A stretch of 54,787 nt of DNA from a virus (lineage: Duplodnaviria; Caudoviricetes), in IMG/VR virus record IMGVR_UViG_3300036790_000516, positions 1 through 54,787 of that record, one strand, 5' to 3'. Below, piece after piece: positions 51,168-54,787 of this stretch. Below the pieces are notes generated by a model that saw only the letters and a program-made list of their open reading frames with translations, was not told the origin of the DNA and made no database searches. The stretch's first letter is position 1. Every line of letters begins with the position of its first letter. The position numbers and the translations under genes are program-made.

Positions 51168-51454
51168 GCGCTCCTCTGGCGGAACGATTCCCCGGTCTCT
51201 ACGCGGGCAAGCCGTCCGGCTATCGCCCCTCGCTCGCCGAGGTCGTCTCGATCGTGCTGACCTCGCGCGGGGTCAACGATGTCGGCGTCGCCAGGGACCT
51301 GGTCGACACGATCACCGATTGGCAATCGCAGGCCGCGCGGCCGTCGGGCCAGCCGTACCAGCAGTATCGGCAGACCGTGCAGGCGCAGCCGCAGCCAGAG
51401 CGGGTAACGCCGCCGAGCGTGCCACCGTTACCGCTGCAATCGATTAAGAAGTAG
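51164..51454 (+). CDS. Hypothetical protein
   Basis: GTGA coupling; GGAG SD. Confidence 0.55.
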   Translation: MSAPLAERFPGLYAGKPSGYRPSLAEVVSIVLTSRGVNDVGVARDLVDTITDWQSQAARPSGQPYQQYRQTVQAQPQPERVTPPSVPPLPLQSIKK

Positions 51455-51494
51455 TCCCACGTTCGACGTTCGTTTCGTCCAAGGAGAGGCCCAC

Positions 51495-52478
51495 ATGGCG
51501 TCAGTCATCGGAACTGGAATAGCGAGCCCACCGGCCGCGCTGGTCAACACCGTTCAAGCGATCGTGCAGAAGTTCATCAGCCCGGTCCTGGGCGATCAAG
51601 TGCTTCTCCCATCGCCGACCCTCTGGGCGCTGGTCCGCCGCGGCAAGAAAATGGCCGGCGGCGCCCTGGTCTACCCCGAGTTCTTCTCCGAGGAGACCAC
51701 CGGCGGGGCCTACTACGGCGCCCAACTCCTCAACACCGCGCTGCAAGATGTCGTGCAGCCGGCCGAGCAGCAATGGCGGTTCTACTACGAGGCCGTCGTG
51801 CTGCCTTACACCGACATCATCCTCGGGCGGGGCGGCTACGCGGGCGTCGACATCGTCCGCCAGAAGTTCCAGACCGCCGCGGGCTCGTTCATGCAGAAGC
51901 TGGCGCGCGCCTTGTGGGGGACTGCGCCGCAGAACACCTCCCTTGACATCGACAACATCCCCGCGTGGCTGGGCTCGACGACCAACACCATCGCGGGCAT
52001 CAACCGTTCAACCGCCGCGAACGCCTTCTGGCTGCCGCAGGCCCCTATTAGCGGCGGCGCGGCCCCTCTAACCGCCGCCGTCGCCGATTCCCAGTACTGG
52101 CAGACGGTGTTCGGCTACGACGAGCCGGACATCATGGTGATGAACAACACCTCCTACGCGTCGTTCAAGCAGCAGTTCCAGCAGAACATCCGCTACATGG
52201 ACAACATGCAGGACAAGGAAGCGCTGCAGGCCGGGTTCCGCTACCACTTCCTGTTCAACAACTGCATCGTGCTGGCGGATCGCAACGCCCCCGCGACGAC
52301 CGCGTGGATCATGAACTCGAAATATATGTTCCCGGTGTTCCACGAGGCCGACTATTTCACCATCGACCCTTGGGTAAAGCCTTCGAATCAGCGCATCCTC
52401 GTGAGCAATATCTATCTCACCTGGCAGCTCGCCGACCTCTCGCCGCGCATGGGCGGGGAAATCTACAGCATCACCTAA
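51495..52478 (+). CDS. Major capsid protein (HK97 fold)
   Basis: AAGGAG SD, 327 aa, follows the scaffold; GG.LVYP, IAGINRS, PDIMVM, LNSKY-like and PR motifs. Confidence 0.8.
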   Translation: MASVIGTGIASPPAALVNTVQAIVQKFISPVLGDQVLLPSPTLWALVRRGKKMAGGALVYPEFFSEETTGGAYYGAQLLNTALQDVVQPAEQQWRFYYEAVVLPYTDIILGRGGYAGVDIVRQKFQTAAGSFMQKLARALWGTAPQNTSLDIDNIPAWLGSTTNTIAGINRSTAANAFWLPQAPISGGAAPLTAAVADSQYWQTVFGYDEPDIMVMNNTSYASFKQQFQQNIRYMDNMQDKEALQAGFRYHFLFNNCIVLADRNAPATTAWIMNSKYMFPVFHEADYFTIDPWVKPSNQRILVSNIYLTWQLADLSPRMGGEIYSIT

Positions 52479-52509
52479 GCGCCGACGCGCGAGGAAAGGA
52501 CCAACGCAA

Positions 52510-52965
52510 ATGGCAATCGTCAATTCGGTAGGCACCGCAACCGCCGGCTATGGCTCCGGGTATCTGGTTCAAAAGGTCGCGCAACCGCTCGTCGATGGCG
52601 CGAACACGATCACCCTCTCAACCTCGGTGGTCCCTCTCGCCAGGGGCAAGATCCGCGCCAAGGTGTATGGCGCGGCGGGCACTTCCCCGGCCCTCACCGA
52701 CATCTACGCGACCGCGACCGACGGGACCAACACGGTCCGGCTCGGCGCGCTCTCGCTCCATCCAGCGGCGGCGGTCGCGCTGTCGGCGACCTCGTGGGTC
52801 GAGATGATCGGCGAGTTCCTGATGGACACCGGCTTGGCGTCGGGCAACGGCGGCGCATCCGGCGATCTGATCGGCACCGGCGCGACCTCCTTCTCGGTCG
52901 TTATCACCCTCTCGGGCACCGGCGAGACGGCCACCGCCGACGTCGAACTCTGCGGAGAGCCGTAG
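52510..52965 (+). CDS. Putative capsid decoration protein
   Basis: Beta-rich 151 aa directly after the capsid gene and before a terminator. Confidence 0.55.
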   Translation: MAIVNSVGTATAGYGSGYLVQKVAQPLVDGANTITLSTSVVPLARGKIRAKVYGAAGTSPALTDIYATATDGTNTVRLGALSLHPAAAVALSATSWVEMIGEFLMDTGLASGNGGASGDLIGTGATSFSVVITLSGTGETATADVELCGEP

Positions 52966-52996
52966 AACGCGGGCGTCGATCCAAAGTTCCTCCCAG

Positions 52997-53035
52997 GGGG
53001 CGGCGGGCGGCAACGCCTCCCGCCCCTTTCGTTTT
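52997..53035 (+). terminator. Rho-independent terminator
   Basis: GGGGCGG...CCGCCCC stem followed by TTTCGTTTT. Confidence 0.75.
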
Positions 53036-53051
53036 GTAGAGCGGAGACGCG

Positions 53052-54299
53052 ATGCTCGTCGGCGATATCGTCCAGAAAATCCGAACCGCGATCACCGACC
53101 AGCCGCAAACGCTGGGCGTCCCGACCGCGACCGCAGTCGCAGGCGGCGCTGGCGCCCTGCTCCCGAACGGCAACTACTGGCTCATCGTCACCCAGCGCAA
53201 TCCCTGGGGCGAGACGCTGGGCGCCGCTGAAATCGGCCCCATCGCGGTCGGCGTCGGCCAGCTCATTACCGTATCGACGATCACCCTGCCCGGCGCAACC
53301 TACGCCCGCGCCTACCTCACGTTCGCCTCGGGCCAGGGCGGCGCTCCGGGCGGCGAGAACTCCTTTGTCGAGGTGCCGACTTCCTTCCAGGTCACCTCGT
53401 TCAACATCGCCGCGCAGCCGACCGGCGCTGGCCAGCCGCCCACCCGCAACTCGGCCTACAACCCGGACACCGACGGCGACTCCTTTTCCTGCGCGACCCT
53501 CTACGACTGGACCAACGACGCGCTCAAGCTGGCTTCCCAAATCTGCGGCGGCCTGATCGACTACGCCGGCGTCGCGACCATCGTCGGCAATCCCACCTAC
53601 ATCGTCCCCGGCCAATGGCGGGACATCGGCGATGTCTGGTACGACGGCTATCCCCTGGCGTCCGATAAAGTCGGCAATTTCTTCCGGCGCAACGCCATCA
53701 CCGCGTCGGTGCTGTCCCAGGTCGCCATGTCGGTCTTCGACAACCGCCTGGCGATCGAGGTCTGGCCGCAGCCCGCGCGGACGGCGGGACAAACGACGCT
53801 GGCCGCGCCGCTGACCTCCTTCGGCAACTCCCTCACCGCCGTATCGCTGGCCCAGTTCCTGCTTACCAACGGCATGGTCCAGGTCGAGAACGAGATCATG
53901 GCCTACGCGCCGATGACCGGGAACACGCTCGGCAATCTGATCCGGGGCTTGGGGGGGTCGACCGCCGCCGCCCATCCCACCGGCTCCCTGGTCACCGAAC
54001 TCAACCTGTTCTTCCACGGCTGGCGGATGTACAACCCGACGTTCCAGCCGGGGCAGTCGATGACCGCGATCCCGGTCCCGGTCGGCTGGGAGACGCTGTT
54101 CCATCTCTACGGCCTGGCCCGCGCGCGCCTCGCCGAGCAGGACACCGACCAGTACGCCAAGCTCTACGCCCAGTACGAGAACGGGCTGAAGTCCTGGTAT
54201 AAGACCAATCGAGTGGTCGTTGGACCGCGTCAGGTCGGCGACTCCAGCGCCTCGCTTGAGGTTCTTCCCAATTTGGGCGGCGGTTGGATAATTCCATGA
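53052..54299 (+). CDS. Head-tail adaptor (P22 gp4 / T7 gp11-like) with inserted beta domains
   Basis: N-terminal helix VGDIVQKIR, LYDWTNDAL, IEVWPQP, C-terminal helices; synteny. Confidence 0.65.
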   Translation: MLVGDIVQKIRTAITDQPQTLGVPTATAVAGGAGALLPNGNYWLIVTQRNPWGETLGAAEIGPIAVGVGQLITVSTITLPGATYARAYLTFASGQGGAPGGENSFVEVPTSFQVTSFNIAAQPTGAGQPPTRNSAYNPDTDGDSFSCATLYDWTNDALKLASQICGGLIDYAGVATIVGNPTYIVPGQWRDIGDVWYDGYPLASDKVGNFFRRNAITASVLSQVAMSVFDNRLAIEVWPQPARTAGQTTLAAPLTSFGNSLTAVSLAQFLLTNGMVQVENEIMAYAPMTGNTLGNLIRGLGGSTAAAHPTGSLVTELNLFFHGWRMYNPTFQPGQSMTAIPVPVGWETLFHLYGLARARLAEQDTDQYAKLYAQYENGLKSWYKTNRVVVGPRQVGDSSASLEVLPNLGGGWIIP

Positions 54300-54315
54300 T
54301 AACAAAGGACTTAGC

Positions 54316-54787
54316 GTGCTACGACCAGTAGTGCAAGGGCCGTTCACGAAGGGAATAATTTCGAGTTCCGACCCGATCACCCAGCCGAAGGGATCGGTCT
54401 CGCGGATCTCGAACCTTCTCTATACCGTCCGCGGCGCGCTGACCGCCTGCGACGGGACCGCCGTCGTCAACGCCTTCGACGGCCTTGCCGCGCCCGGCCT
54501 GCGCGGACGGTTCGAGTCGACGACCCTGTTCGAGCCGATTGGCGTCGCTCCCTACTACCTCGTCCTCGCGCCCGACGCGTCCTTCCCGCTCGGCCCTCCT
54601 CAGGACCTCGCCGTCTCGACGACCGGCTCCGGCACGCTCCCCGCCGACACCTATTACTACGTCGTCACCGCCCTCGACGGCGCTGGCGGCGAGACTCCGG
54701 CGTCGAACGAGGTCTTCGCCGCCGTCGACGCCAACTCCTCGATCACCATCTGCTGGAACGTGGTCCCGAACGCCTGGGCCTATAACG
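54316..54787 (+). CDS. 5' part of the nozzle gene (continues at base 1)
   Basis: AAAGGA then GTG at 54316 (MLRPVVQGPFTKGII...); 115 codons to 54660 are in frame with base 1. Confidence 0.8.
   Translation, partial: MLRPVVQGPFTKGIISSSDPITQPKGSVSRISNLLYTVRGALTACDGTAVVNAFDGLAAPGLRGRFESTTLFEPIGVAPYYLVLAPDASFPLGPPQDLAVSTTGSGTLPADTYYYVVTALDGAGGETPASNEVFAAVDANSSITICWNVVPNAWAYN
54661..54787. repeat. Terminal overlap, copy 2
   Basis: Identical to 1-127. Confidence 0.97.

Overview
The window looks like one complete, circularly closed dsDNA tailed-phage genome of about 54,660 bp. Bases 1-127 are repeated exactly at 54661-54787, and one gene runs in frame across that junction. It is GC-rich. Gene order is podovirus-like (P22/T7 style): intein-containing large terminase, a free LAGLIDADG endonuclease, a portal apparently split in two ORFs, scaffold, major capsid, adaptor, nozzle, GNAT-like protein and ejection proteins. 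About 11 kb follows in which the fibre-like, FN3 and GH30/beta-helix proteins all carry Sec or Tat export signals, interleaved with holin-like genes and ending in a Tlde1-type candidate endolysin. The replication arm has an AAA_25-type ATPase, a Cas4/AddB-like nuclease, a Sak4-like ATPase, an SSB-like protein, tRNA-Gly, an HNH endonuclease, a Pif1-like helicase and a UDG-fused family A polymerase. That polymerase is split into two genes and has strongly altered active-site residues. A leftward accessory arm carries three GT2-like glycosyltransferases, an FkbM methyltransferase, an Rnl2-like RNA ligase with an insertion scar, and a TadE-like pilin. I recognised no integrase, primase or CRISPR array. 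A diderm, possibly Acidobacteriota-like, host is only an inference from the signal-peptide style. All family calls come from motifs read by eye; no database search was run.
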